Of a DNA stretch of 64,000 nt, positions 11,102 to 23,099 are shown piece by piece. How positions within the stretch are numbered: position 1 is the first letter of the stretch; every line of letters starts with the position of its first letter. The stretch spans positions 32,426,001 to 32,490,000 of the forward strand of contig OZ336889.1 of NCBI GenBank assembly GCA_965287045.1, written 5' to 3'. The notes under the pieces are model-generated. The model was not told the origin of the DNA. It ran no database searches and saw nothing but the letters and a program-made list of their open reading frames with translations. A program made the position numbers and the translations under genes. This DNA comes from Carcharhinus amblyrhynchos (Eukaryota).

Positions 11102-14100
11102 TTTCTTCCAAAACACAAATGTGTGCAAAATTACAGATGCATAATTACAATGAATTTGCCTGCAAAAAAACAGATCTTTTGTTATAGTTAAAAAATATAT
11201 AGGTATATTTTTGTTATAGCACAGATGGATTTGAGAAGTAGCAAAATGCTCAGAGGTTTTGAATGGATCTTGTACACAGCAACTTCAGGTGAAAGCATTT
11301 TCCCTCAAATATCTAACACGCTCCTTGTGTTAAACACACCTGAAGGGCTGACATTCTACAAATGTTTCTCTTAATGGTGTAGCATCAACTTCCCCTCAAA
11401 CTAAAGGCCAGATAACTCGAAGCCTACTGCATACATTCACATTCAACCAAGCGAAATAATTCCTAAAAAAAGGCAAAACCGTTATTTTTGCATTCAAACC
11501 GGATGAATGTTGAAAGAGAAACGTCAGAAAAATAATTACAGAATCTCCCAAGTAGGAGAGAAGATCGTTTTATTTGCTGTAAATTTCCACACAGTTCTAT
11601 CTAGAGCCCAGGAGTAGGGATATTGGGGAATTTAAAACCAGCCTTTAGGCATTACAAATGACCTTTTTGGATTTGCATTTGATTAATGCTTTGTGGTCTA
11701 ACAGCTGGAACAAAAAACAGAAGCGACTGCTTCACAGTGCAGGTTCAGGTGATTACCTTCTCCTGTTTTAAGGCAGTGGTTTGCAAAGCCTAGTGCAATA
11801 AAACTGCATTGCCATTAATACCGGCAACTGTTTTGTTTTTTTTTCACTTTCTCATTTGCGTTTGTACTTCAAGTAGGTATCAATTTTCAGGTACTGCGAA
11901 AAAAAACACGTCCACACAAAAGCCGTCTGTGTCTCTTCTGATGAATTTCGCTAGCCAGCTACCCGGGAGATTCATTCCTGAGTAGGAACCCATAAATCAA
12001 GAGGCAGCTCCCTATTGTATGCTACATCTTATGCAAAAAGGTGTTTCCAGTCAGTGCCAAAGGCTGCAAAATCCTATTACAACTGAGGTCATTAATTATA
12101 GAAAGTCGACAAAACTGAACCCTGCTATTTTTCACCGAAAGCTTGAAATTTCTGCACGGTACTTCTTCGAAAACGCACACAAGCGCGCAGATCGTAGGGA
12201 TATACACGAACGTACATGCCAGTACGCTCATTCCTAGTACACAGACATAGACGTGTACCACTGCATGCAATGTTCACACGGGCTCTGTCACAAAGATCTA
12301 ACGCCTCTTACATAAAGTAAAGCACACTCATACAGAACACACTCGGAGTGCACGCACTCACATACAGTTCATCTCACACACGCTCTCTCCCTCCCTCGCT
12401 CACTCAGATCAAACCCCCTCCCCCCCATAGACACATAGGAGACGTGCATCTGCCAATCTTTGCAAAGTTTGCAAACAAGGCAAACGATCCAGGTCGTATC
12501 AAATACAGAATAATCTCATTGGCACCATCTAGCTAACCGGATTGATCATTGTGGTTAGACAGGCTGTGATCCTAAATCCAATAGAGACACCAGCACTTCA
12601 AATCGGCAGCAAGAGCCCTACGCAAGTGAGTGTTACCTGAAAATGGAACCCGTTTCTTCAATGGGACACCATTTTGGAGGACAAAGTGGGCCACAATAGC
12701 GTTAGCATCATGTTTTAGATTTGTCACGCAATGTTGGCGGAGTATTTATACCGTACCTTCACACACCAGCACGTCCGCATGTAAGTGATAATAATATAAC
12801 TGATTTCAGGCTGGTTTATTATATTAGTATACATTTGAAGCACATAGCTAGCACAATGCTCCCCCTTCAGACCAAAATATGATCATAACATTTTCAGCGT
12901 TTCGGGACACTCAGGAGTGGAATCAGTCTTGGCTTGTGGAAAAACAGATTTGCATAAATCTACTGATTCAAACCTAGGTGAACAGATGATTTACAGAAAT
13001 ACCCAAGAAGCTAACAGAAATCACCGTGTAGTCAGGGGAATACCATTACAAGGCTGGGGTGTCCCAATGTAAACGTGGGGTTAAATCCTGTACGCGACAC
13101 TTGGATAATGTACATTTAAGTCATTAGTCTTCATAAAGCTTCTCGCCTATTCCCTTTCCGTGCACCCCATTGGGGTTCATTTGATTGATGGCTCATTGAT
13201 GATAAACCCTACGCAGCTTAAACACTCTCACGATGAATATGCCCAACTGGACTCTAGGTTGCTAAGATGCTGAAAGAAATTACAGCACAATATTTAATAT
13301 ACGTCCTGTGAAGACGTATCGGTCAAAAAGTTTACGCTAATACTGACGACGAGCCGCTGTTGGCAATTGGCCCCTGAACTGCATCTTTGAACATGGTCTT
13401 AGATGCACTTGGTTAAAAAAGAATGCTTGTATGCGGTATCTCCGTGTTATGTCGGTTGGAAGAAGTTACAAATAGGTTAAATCCCATATCTCTATTTGGT
13501 TTTAAAAAATAAATCTGTAACATAAAAATGATAACATCGAAAAGGAGAACGTGAGGCTGTTCGCTCACCGTATCCCAGCAATCATTAGTGTGGATTCGCC
13601 CATTTTACCTGTAATATTTGCCACCTCTACTGGCGACCCCTGCTAACATTACCGATAATTCTGCCCTTCACTTTTTTTTACAAGGAGTGTCAAAATTGTA
13701 CTTCCGGGAGCGCTGCCAAACACAGAAGGAGATTTATTTTAATTGCGTTCAGTTCAAAAGAATATTCCAACATGTGCCCCAATCTAATAATTTCTTGGAT
13801 ACAATAGATGCAAAACGCATCTTTTAAAGGTTGCTGGAATCATAGTGCTTGGTTAGAAAAAAAAACAGATCTGTTGTAGATTTTAACCACTTCCGTCGTA
13901 AAATCGTTTCAGTCAACCACACATGGGTCTTTCAATTTAGCAAAATACCTCGACAACTGAGGCCAAGTCGTGTACATGTTATAACTGGTGCCTGTAGCAT
14001 CCTTTGAACCAGGTATATGTTTGGGCATACGGGGACAAGACGGCAATCACTCACATTTAACGGCCTAAAGCGATAGATTGGTTTTCTGCGGGATTAGGAT

Positions 14101-14606
14101 GCGCTTCCACTTCCAATAACCTGCACAAAACGTCTTGGTGGAGGACGGCGAAAGGGGCCCGCACCGAAATATTGCAAATGGATTGCCGAATAAGACCTCG
14201 CGTAAATTTACCGCCAAGGGCTGAACTGTGATTCAATGATTAATGTCCATTGAGGTATCCAGCATTTTGTGCAGCCGGTTAAGGTGGAATGCCTGAGTGA
14301 GACCAGATAGTTGCTGCATCATGTCATCAATTTTTTTTGTATTTCATTTCTAGCTTTATAGATGGCACATTGTGGGGAGGGGAGCGGGGGGGTTACCTTT
14401 CAATCTATTATCACTTTTAACAGAGCAATAATGAACCAAAAGTTACTGTGAGGTATTCTGACTTCTCCCCTTTTGGTGGGTGAGACACATCTATAATAAA
14501 TCCCATCACGCACACACAAACACACACACAGACACACACTTTTTTCCTAGTAATAGTGAGATCCTGAAATAAAGTTTGCTAATCGCTGTTTGTTAAAAAA
14601 AGGATA

Positions 14607-14612
14607 TTTATT
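14607..14612 (-). terminator. candidate lhx5 polyadenylation signal AATAAA (3'UTR about 850 nt)
   Basis: TTTATT on the + strand. On the mRNA strand it is followed by a U-run and a GU-rich tract (14510-14540). A second AATAAA lies at 14831-14836. Confidence 0.55.
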
Positions 14613-15454
14613 CAAGTGTTTACTTTTTTTTTCCTTAAACATCAATGGTGACAATTTTACAGTTAATTAAAGAAATTTAAAAAGGTGTCACGTAGGGAAC
14701 TCCAAGATTGTGGGATGGGAACTAACTATCCAAAGCACTCAAAGTGATTGTCATCATCGATGCCAGATTTCCTATGACTGATGGAAACAATGGATTGTCG
14801 GATGAATGGTGAGTTGAAACTAAAACGATCTTTATTCACATTAACAACAAAACCAGGAACTCTATTCATAGCCTGTGCCTTCTGCCCACTCTTACCGGGG
14901 AGGGTGGCGGGGGGCGGTGCAAAAGTGGCAGCTCCTGCTTTCCCAGCAGGCAATGCCTCTCCCAGAGACCCCTGCGGTGAGCCCCGCCCACACCGGATGT
15001 GCCACCATTCGCGGAGCCTGCGCAGTGCCAACTTCCCCCTCCCAGCCCCCTGTCAATGAGGTCACTTGGGTGGGAGGAGGGAGAGGAAGGGAAGGGTTGA
15101 GTGGGAGAGAAGTGGGAGGGTGGGGTTGAGTTGGAGGCTATGTGTGGGAGAGGAAGACGGAGAGTGGGGTTGAGTGGGAGGCTCTGCTGCGTAGGAGGCA
15201 GGGGAGAGAGGGGGTGCTCTACCCCACCCCGTCCCCACACACCCACCTCTTCACTGCTCCTCCTGGAAGGGGGCGCAACGTATTTGGGGGGAGCGATGAC
15301 AGTTCAATAACTTGAATGCCAGAGCCGCAGTGATCATATGTTCCCCTGTTGCCTGAGCTGAGTGGAGTACCCCCCCCCCCACCACCACCCACCTCGCCCC
15401 CTCCCCACATCTCCTTCTCCACTCTCTCCCCCCTCCCCACACCCAACAACCCCC

Positions 15455-15840
15455 TCACCAGACCGCAGTCTCATTCAGCTCCTGGCTCGGATGTGAGAGC
15501 GGCCCGCTGTAGCCACTGTTGCTGGACATTGAGAAGGGCGGGCTGGGTCCTCCGCTGAACACTTCGCCCGGGATCGGGTGCAGCGGGCCGGTTATCCCTG
15601 GCTCAGGACTCGGGGTGTCAGGGTGGGAAATCATGTCCGTGTACCTTTGGTTTTCGCTGCCACCGATAGTGGGAGGATGGTGGCCGGATAAAGGGGGTTC
15701 AAGTACTCCGAGTGAGGTCCCCCCAGGTCCTGAGGACTGCATGTAGCCGGAATCCGCCGGCGAATGTGCTTGAGAGGACGGTGGACCGTGCGGGAAAAAG
15801 TCATAGTTTGCCGCTGGGCCGTAGTAGTCTCCCTGATAAT
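15455..15840 (-). CDS. lhx5: lhx5 coding exon 5 (C-terminal region, TGA stop)
   Basis: Acceptor tctcttctcatccacgcag|. Encodes [24 protein letters not shown]...ELNETAVW*, matching the Lhx1/5 terminal motif (NEAAVW-like). Confidence 0.96.
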
Positions 15841-18626
15841 CTGCGTGGATGAGAAGAGAAACGTGTTTAGCCTTGCAGTTAGATCCCAGTTGCATTCATT
15901 CTGCCTAATCGTTCTTGAAATTGCCATCAGACTTTTGAATGTTCCTACCTCACATTAAGTTGATCTTTCTCTACATCCTAGCTATGATTCAGTATACTGG
16001 AGACGAATTATGACATTCTGCACACTCTCCTTTCCCTCTCTCTGTACGGTATGCTTTGTATAGCGCGCAAGAAACAATATTTTTCATTGTACACCAATAC
16101 ATGTAACAATAAGAAATCAAATCAACACCGTTATTAATGATCCAAAAAAGTACAGAAATGTGATGAAAAAATGCATTGTTTAAAATATTACTATAAAAAT
16201 GGCCTGATTGAGTTCTCCAGTGAGGAACCTGTTGCCCCATCACCACAAGTAAATCCCATCGACCGCACACTCAGGATGGAGTGTCAAACTAACGCTGTAA
16301 CGAGCGAGCGCAGCTCTGATGAGTGGCGCTGACTTGTTCGGGAAGTTTGCTCCAGACTTTTAATTTCCCATTTTTTGATCGAGGTACCAAATGCCGGGCC
16401 AAATCGTGCGAACTCCACGGTGTACACACAAATTTGTGCACGACATGCTTTCGCGTCCATTGTTAAAAGGCAACATCGTGCTGATTTTATGATCAGGCTC
16501 TTCGCTCTCCAGGCCCGATTGTCACACAAGAGCTAACGCGTGATTTACTATTATTCACCATTTGGTAATTAATGTGAGTGACCTGATGGGAAATGGAAAG
16601 CCATTGACTTCCCGGTTACAAATTAAAGTTTGTGTTTTTTTAATGTTTGGACGGCAAAACACTCAAGCGCGTAACGTTAGCTGTATCTGAATGCAGAGTT
16701 TTAGAAAGAAAGATTTTATTATTAAATAGTCAACAGCAAAAGGCGGGAAAGTGAATGTCAGCAGTCCATTGACTGTTTCCTGGTTGGATAACTGACTTCA
16801 ATCAACTTTGCTACAAAACCTATACTGGTTTAAGCGAAATGTTCATCAAAACAACCATCTGTAGCACTGCCTGCATACCAAATGAATCTAATATTTGTAC
16901 ATGAACGTGTAAGATATGATACCACAGATTCCAAATATGTACAAGAGCACAATAAGCGGAAGCTGCAGAATTGATTTTCGAAACCTGTTGCTACGAATGC
17001 TGTGTTGGTCTTACAGCCGCAATTTGTGGTATCCCGCAAAAAGGTACAGCCCATTTATACCCAAATTAATAGATAAATAGTGCCTACTTCCGATGAGTAT
17101 CTATATTTTATAGGAGTGTCAATAATCTTCTTGCTAGCTAAAAAGTGATTCAAAGTAATTCCTTGTCTATAAGTTCTACTGGGTGTTGGCGCCTGGTAAT
17201 AAGTTTCCAGATTAACATGGGGGACACATGTCTATCCAAAGGATTCTTAACACTTACACAATTCAGCAACGGGAGACGAATTATAAATGTATGATTCAGT
17301 ATACTGGTATAACATTTGGATTTGTATGTTAAACTATAAACTGATGGAAATTTAACGCGACTGGAGTCAAATATTCTCATTCATACTGTACTCAACAGGG
17401 GTGGGTACATTTGAAAACCTCTACACGTGGGTACGGGTGGCGTATACTTAGAATGTTATTTTTAATTCGCTGAACAAAAAATGTGAAATATGTTAATTTG
17501 ATGAAGGGAGCTGTTTTAAATGGGAGGGGAGCAGAAGGCTGCAGCAAGCGGTAAGGAGCAGAGTCGTGGCGTTCAGCGAGTGACCCTCCATATGCTCCAA
17601 GAGTTCGAGGTAATTGGAACAAATCCTGGGTGAATATCCGACAAAAGACTGCAGCTGTAGCTTTGTTCGCGGAAACACAAGAGAAAGTGCCCGCTGAATG
17701 GGCTAGACTTCTCTTCAAAAAGACAGCTTCATCACAATGCATTGCTTTATCGGACGCAACTTGGCCAGCGCTGGAGCGGAATCTCTTACAGGGGCGGTGA
17801 GGGTGGGAGGGGAGAAGGGGGCCCTGTTTGGGGGAGGGGGGGGGGGAAAGAGGGGCGGATTAAAGAGCTCAACAGGCTGCGATCATTCACTCAATAATAC
17901 CCGTGCAGATGCCACGAAACAAGTGAGAAAGTCATAGCAACCGAGCACCTTGGACCACTCGGATCGCCCGAACGCAACCGAGGCGGTTTAGCAAATGAAC
18001 CTCTCGGCCTCAGCTCTGGCCACCGTTCGGGCGGGGGGTAACACACCCAGAAAACGATCGTTCCGCTTAAAAGATTCGAGTGAAATAATCGCTCAGGAGT
18101 TAAAGGAAATGTGTTTGGGGAAAGGGAGGTGGTTTAGGGACACACACGCCAGGAAAAATAACATAGGCATATCCAAACTCCCCTTCTCCCAAGTCTTTAC
18201 TAAAGCTTAAAAATGATGACATTTTGTAACAAAGGGGATCAAACTCTGAGCCTTGTCGGCATTAATGCTGTTCAACACGGAATAAAGGTCCCGAGAGAGG
18301 AGGCAACTCTACACAGCGAATCTCCGGGTAAACTAGCACATAGAAAATCAGGAGCTTCCTTTGCCAGTCAGTTCCAAAAAGCGCGCTTCATGCCCTAACC
18401 CGGACTTTCTGATCGGAGGGGACACCGGGAAGGATGCTGTTATTTTGTGGCAATTTAACGCCGAGAGGTGACACACAAATTCCAAATCCCAATGAAACAA
18501 GAGGGGGAGGGATGAGAGGAAAATGAGATTAGGGCACTGACGATACGGAGTCTCTCATTCCGGACACTGCCTGTTAACAGCGGACAAACTCTTTAGTTTT
18601 GGAAAGTTGAATGCTGTGGAAGTTAC

Positions 18627-18792
18627 CTCCATAGTAATTGTAGGGAGCAGAACCCATCATTTCCGATTCGTCCAGGCGCCCCCCCAGAGGACGCATGCGC
18701 CTGGGACTTCGGAAGAAAGCGTGTCTCCTTGCACCCAGAGCACTCAACTGCTTCATCCGCCTCTCCTTAGATCTTCTGTTCTGAAACCAGAC
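18627..18792 (-). CDS. lhx5: lhx5 coding exon 4 (homeodomain helix 3)
   Basis: Acceptor ttttttcttggcag|. Encodes [55 protein letters not shown]. Donor GAG|GTAACT. Confidence 0.96.
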
Positions 18793-19491
18793 CTGCCAAG
18801 AAAAAAAAACAATGGGCCGTTCTTTAATGGAAATACAGCAAGTGCTTCCAATAACACCTACTACCCATGTAAGGAATGGGGAAAGTAGGACAACCTAGGC
18901 AAACCTCATTCTTTCTGTGTCTGTTGATTAAACCAATACCTTCCCATTATGTGTCGAAAATTGACGCTGCGGGCAATATTTTAACATTCAACCGAGATTT
19001 CGCCTACACCGGGATATAGCCAAAACCTTATATACATATATATGTCCAATTTTGTTTAATCAGAAATAAAGTTTGATTCTTAAAGTTCTCTAGTCATTCT
19101 GATTGAGGATCGGGGTTGGGGGGAGCATTAAGTGTGAATGTTATGGGTGAAAACAAAAGCATCAGTGTGTGCATGGAGTGAGACCGGGCGTTGAACATAG
19201 TGGCATTGTGCTTATCCCGTACCCGAACTCCCTGAGCAGGGCACGACTGAGTTAGACATTTCAAGTTTAATGTGAATGCTTGAAAGACCGTCCCGGGATA
19301 AAAGGAAAGGCAAATTGCTTCGTGGATTCAGTGTTCCTCCCATAAACCAACAAAGCATATTCGATTCGAAATTTCTGCCTCTTTGCTTACATATCTGAAG
19401 CGTTTAAAAACATTTTTTTCTCTCTCTGAGTGATGGTTACTGGGTCCAGATAACATGGCTCAGGGCCGAATAAGCAACGGCGTGGCGGTAC

Positions 19492-19769
19492 CTGAATAAC
19501 CCGCATGTTGAGGCCTGTTTCCTGAGCAAGTTGCTCCCTTATGTGTCGGGTGGGCTTCGGGGTTGCGGCGAAAGCGGCTTTTAGTGTTTCTAACTGCTTG
19601 GCTTTAATGGTGGTCCGGGGTCCTCTCCGCTTCGTGCCCATGCTCTGTTCCTCGTTCTCATTATTCTGCGTCTCTTTGTCTGACGAGGTGGAATTGTCCG
19701 TTTCTTTTGTATCGTCCAGATTCTGGTCTTGGATGTCGGGCGATAAACTCCGATCTGTACACGAAGAGA
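19492..19769 (-). CDS. lhx5: lhx5 coding exon 3 (linker plus homeodomain helices 1-2)
   Basis: Acceptor tgtctttcag|. Encodes [12 protein letters not shown]...[47 protein letters not shown]. Donor CAG|GTACCG at the classic IQ/VWF homeobox intron position. Confidence 0.96.
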
Positions 19770-20509
19770 CTGAAAGACATAACGGCATTTTTAAAAAATT
19801 ATTATTGTTAACCCTATCAGCTGCTGCTATTGACATCCCCAGTCCCAGCCGAGCAAGGACACGCCAGGTAACGCCGGGGCCAGTGTTACCCCGGAAGGGA
19901 GATGACTTTCCAACAAGCACAGTGTAATAATCCAAGTCATTAGCCACAACTTTGAACATTTCTCCAATTGGATGCGAACAGATGCGCTTCCCCGAAACAC
20001 GTGTTTAATGTTTTCATTTTTTTAACGTTTCCATGAAAAAGCTTTGAAGGGCTGTTTCAATTTGAACGAACTATTCTACCGGTGTATTTTTGTTTTCATG
20101 CCATGCAGTTGCAGTTCCACGCGGATTAGAACTCCCAGTAAAAGATACTGTGTAAAATAGTGTAGCCGTGGATTTTGACTTTATACCAACACCGGGTGCA
20201 GATGGAAACCCCGAGGGGTCTTTCCAATACGTAGCACCCCAATACAAGAAATTCTTGTTGTAAATAATGTAAACGCGCGGCAGGGGATCAAAGTATATGG
20301 GATTTGAGCATTCCGTCGATAAAGAATGCTGGAATACTATATATGGTTTCCCATTGCACGGACCTAGAAAAGAGAGACCAAGTGGGGAAATGTATTGAGG
20401 CGTTTTAAGTCAGTGACGCCTCATTAGAAAGAAAGACCGGGGGGGAGGGGAGAACAACCGCTCTCGCCGCGGCTTTAACAATAGGTGTTGATACAAGTTC
20501 GGGCCTTAC

Positions 20510-20733
20510 CTGAATTTAAGTTGGTGTCTTTTAAACTGTTGGTGCTCAAATAGTCTTCTTTGCACACAAATTTGTTTTCGTCGATAATATATAGTTCCTC
20601 CCCGGTCGACAGTTGCTTATTGCAAACCATACAAGTAAAGCAATTTAAGTGAAACACTTTATTTCTTGCTTTTCTGACGAGGTCACTGGGAGAGATACCT
20701 TGACAACATCCCGCACATTTCGTACCGAACCGC
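20510..20733 (-). CDS. lhx5: lhx5 coding exon 2 (LIM domain 2)
   Basis: Acceptor tttctgtttccag|G. Encodes [63 protein letters not shown]. Donor CAG|GTAAGG. Confidence 0.96.
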
Positions 20734-22534
20734 CTGGAAACAGAAATGGGCGCCATGTAAATATATATCACCTCCATAATTAAATAAGCCTTTACCGTCT
20801 CATTGAGAAAATTGTGTAATTAGGACAGTCACGAGGACCTAATAATTATAAACAATTCTTGGAAATTGACAGCGCTGCTTCGCTTGTGGGAGGCGAATAA
20901 AGTGTCTTCAGCAATGGGGCCAGTTTATTCCTTCTGTGATGAATAAAATGGGTTTCAAGAAGACTTGAAGAGGGCTCTCATTTGCATTTAAATTGTCTTC
21001 ACTTGCACCTCACCGTTTAATGCTTGTTGTGAGTGTATCCTCCTGTCCTTATTTGAAGAACAAAAAAAGCTCCTTTTGAATTATGAATAGATTCTAATAC
21101 TCATTAGAATTAATAGAGAATGGAAAGACGGTAGCAAGCCGTAAGTGAGGATGAATCACGAAATATTTCATAATGACAACATTACAATATAAAGTCAGAA
21201 TATCAAAATGACCATTGCCCTGAGAGATGATTGCACAAGGCGGAAGCAATGCACACAGAAGCACGCACCACATAGTTATTGACCGAGGAAAGTAAGATAT
21301 TAGAAGATACACGTGAACATAGTTCTCTGATGTTTAACTTGGGCGGAAGTTTGTTCTTTTTCAATGATTGTTATTTCAAGTGGATCGGTTCGGAGTCGGC
21401 AAGAAAAGTGCAGGGGATTCCGGGACAGGAGTTGGAAGAGGCCAACGCCTCCAATCTCTATTTCACTGAGGCTGGAAGTCAGGCGTTGCCCGACACTATC
21501 CTCAAAAAGCACAGCTGCCGTGGTGACCGATATTTATTACAATGACGTTGATTTAGTAAAAGGATTAGGGATCATAAGTCATCTTTGTCTTATCCGCGAG
21601 GTGTAATTGGTTCATTTGCAGCTTAACAGAACCATTAGATACGAGTAACATGTTGCTGCGTTGGGTACCTTAGAACAAGCGTTGTTTGAAATTTGGAAGG
21701 AGCCAGAAAGGGAATGTCCCGTTTTTCCTACCGAAGTGCACGTTGATAAGGCCTAGCACCAAAGTGTCATTTCCAGACACCTGCAGTTTGTGTTCATCTT
21801 TTTAAAATAGTGTTATGTCAACCATTTGCAGAAAAAAAAAGAATATCACATCGAACACCTTTTGATATTTCACTTAGTTGAAGCGAGCCTTGACTGGCGC
21901 TGCCTAAAACCTTCTAAAAGTTTCCAAAGTTTCGACATGCACCATTGCGGTTGTGATCAGGTCACACTGGAGCTTGGAGTGTACCTGAAGTTCCCCGTTT
22001 AAATGTCCTCCGTGTTGGTTGTGTGTGTATTGGAAGGCGCACGGGAAGGTTGTATAGAACCCGGAAATAATCAGATCCAGTGAGCGTTGCCACCAGGCTG
22101 CCGGGGAAGGAATGTTTAGCTGGATGGATTTATATCGCAAATTGCGGTGCTGTAATTCCCCGGGCCAAATCAATTTGGGCTGTTGCGTGGAACACTCAAA
22201 AATGTCATTTAAAAAGTTCTACAGCCCCGACTAAGCCCTTTGTAGGCCCGTCGGAGGATCAAAAGCCAAGTGTGTTTCATTGGGGTTTTAGGTTTGCTGA
22301 TATTATTCAAGTGTGGGCTTTAAATGATCTTTTAAGAGTTAGTCAAACTCAGTTCGATAGTGGGTGTAATGTGGTGCAAATTGGGCGAAACACATTCAAG
22401 GGGGAGAGGGACAGAGAGTGTCTACCGGTCTGGTGGATTTCATGTTACCCGATGTGCTGACTAGAAATACAATTATGCGAGGCTAACGGTTAAAAGGTTC
22501 CCCTGTCGCTTTAAGACGACTCGGTCGAACTCAC

Positions 22535-22704
22535 CTGAAGAAATCGTTTTTACAGTAAAGCTTCCCTTCTCTGGAAAAGCATTTTTCAGTCAAGTTGCAC
22601 TTGCATTCACAACATTGGACGCACTTGATGTGCCAGGCTCTGTCCAGAACGTTGAGAAGGAATCTATCTAAAATAGGCCTCTCGCAGCCAGCACAGTGCA
22701 CCAT
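22535..22704 (-). CDS. lhx5: lhx5 coding exon 1 (LIM domain 1)
   Basis: ATG at 22704 (acgATGG). Encodes [56 protein letters not shown]. Donor AG|GTGAGT at 22534. Confidence 0.96.
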
Positions 22705-23099
22705 CGTGGTTTGCTTCAGGGACACAATCTTTTCCTTTGGAAAAAAAAAGCGTGACTTCAAGTGACTGCAGATTGTACTTCAAAAATCCAGTTGCTCCGT
22801 TCAAGTTCCTGTTGTCAGATTCGCAGCTGCTACTTTACCCTTTCGGTGGCGAAGCTGCACACACACGCTTTGGGTCCGATTGTTTCCTCTCCCTGAAGTT
22901 TGAAGGAGCTGGGCAAATGCAAAATAATCCTCTTTTTTTAACTCTCAAAAGGCGCCCTGCTAGCAGCTCATCTTGCTTCTTGAAGCTATCCTCACACATC
23001 CAGCAATCAACTCAAAATCATCCTATCTGGGCTGCTTGGGACTTTTTTCGGCGCCGGTGCTGTCTCCATCATCTTTGTGTACCAAGCTGTAATTCGCGC

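Larger units (their letters stand above)
15455..22704 (-). other. lhx5: lhx5 gene, coding span (5 exons, 407 aa LIM-homeodomain transcription factor)
   Basis: Exon lengths 170+224+278+166+386=1224 nt splice in frame at GT-AG junctions. Lhx5-type (not Lhx1-type) segments: [69 protein letters not shown]. Confidence 0.95.

Noticed and set aside
1-14000. Exons of an expected downstream neighbour such as sdsl
   Set aside because: No serine-dehydratase-like peptide recognised. Short exons could have been missed.
14617-14623. miR-30 seed match TGTTTAC in the 3'UTR region (miR-30 regulates Xenopus lhx1)
   Set aside because: It is on the + strand, antisense to the lhx5 mRNA.
16316-16350. CTGATGAG as a hammerhead core (also at 45-52)
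   Set aside because: No stem II followed by GAAA.
18672-18692. CTCF-like CCTCTGGGGGGCGCC in exon 4
   Set aside because: Mismatches in the core, and fully explained by the codons for PLGGR.
19541-19927. 128-aa antisense ORF over exon 3 (likewise 18607-18888, 15519-15746, 22737-23120)
   Set aside because: Shadow ORFs of GC-rich coding or leader sequence, with no independent evidence.
15455-22704. Calling the gene lhx1
   Set aside because: The linker and C-terminal segments match Lhx5 ([28 protein letters not shown]) rather than Lhx1.
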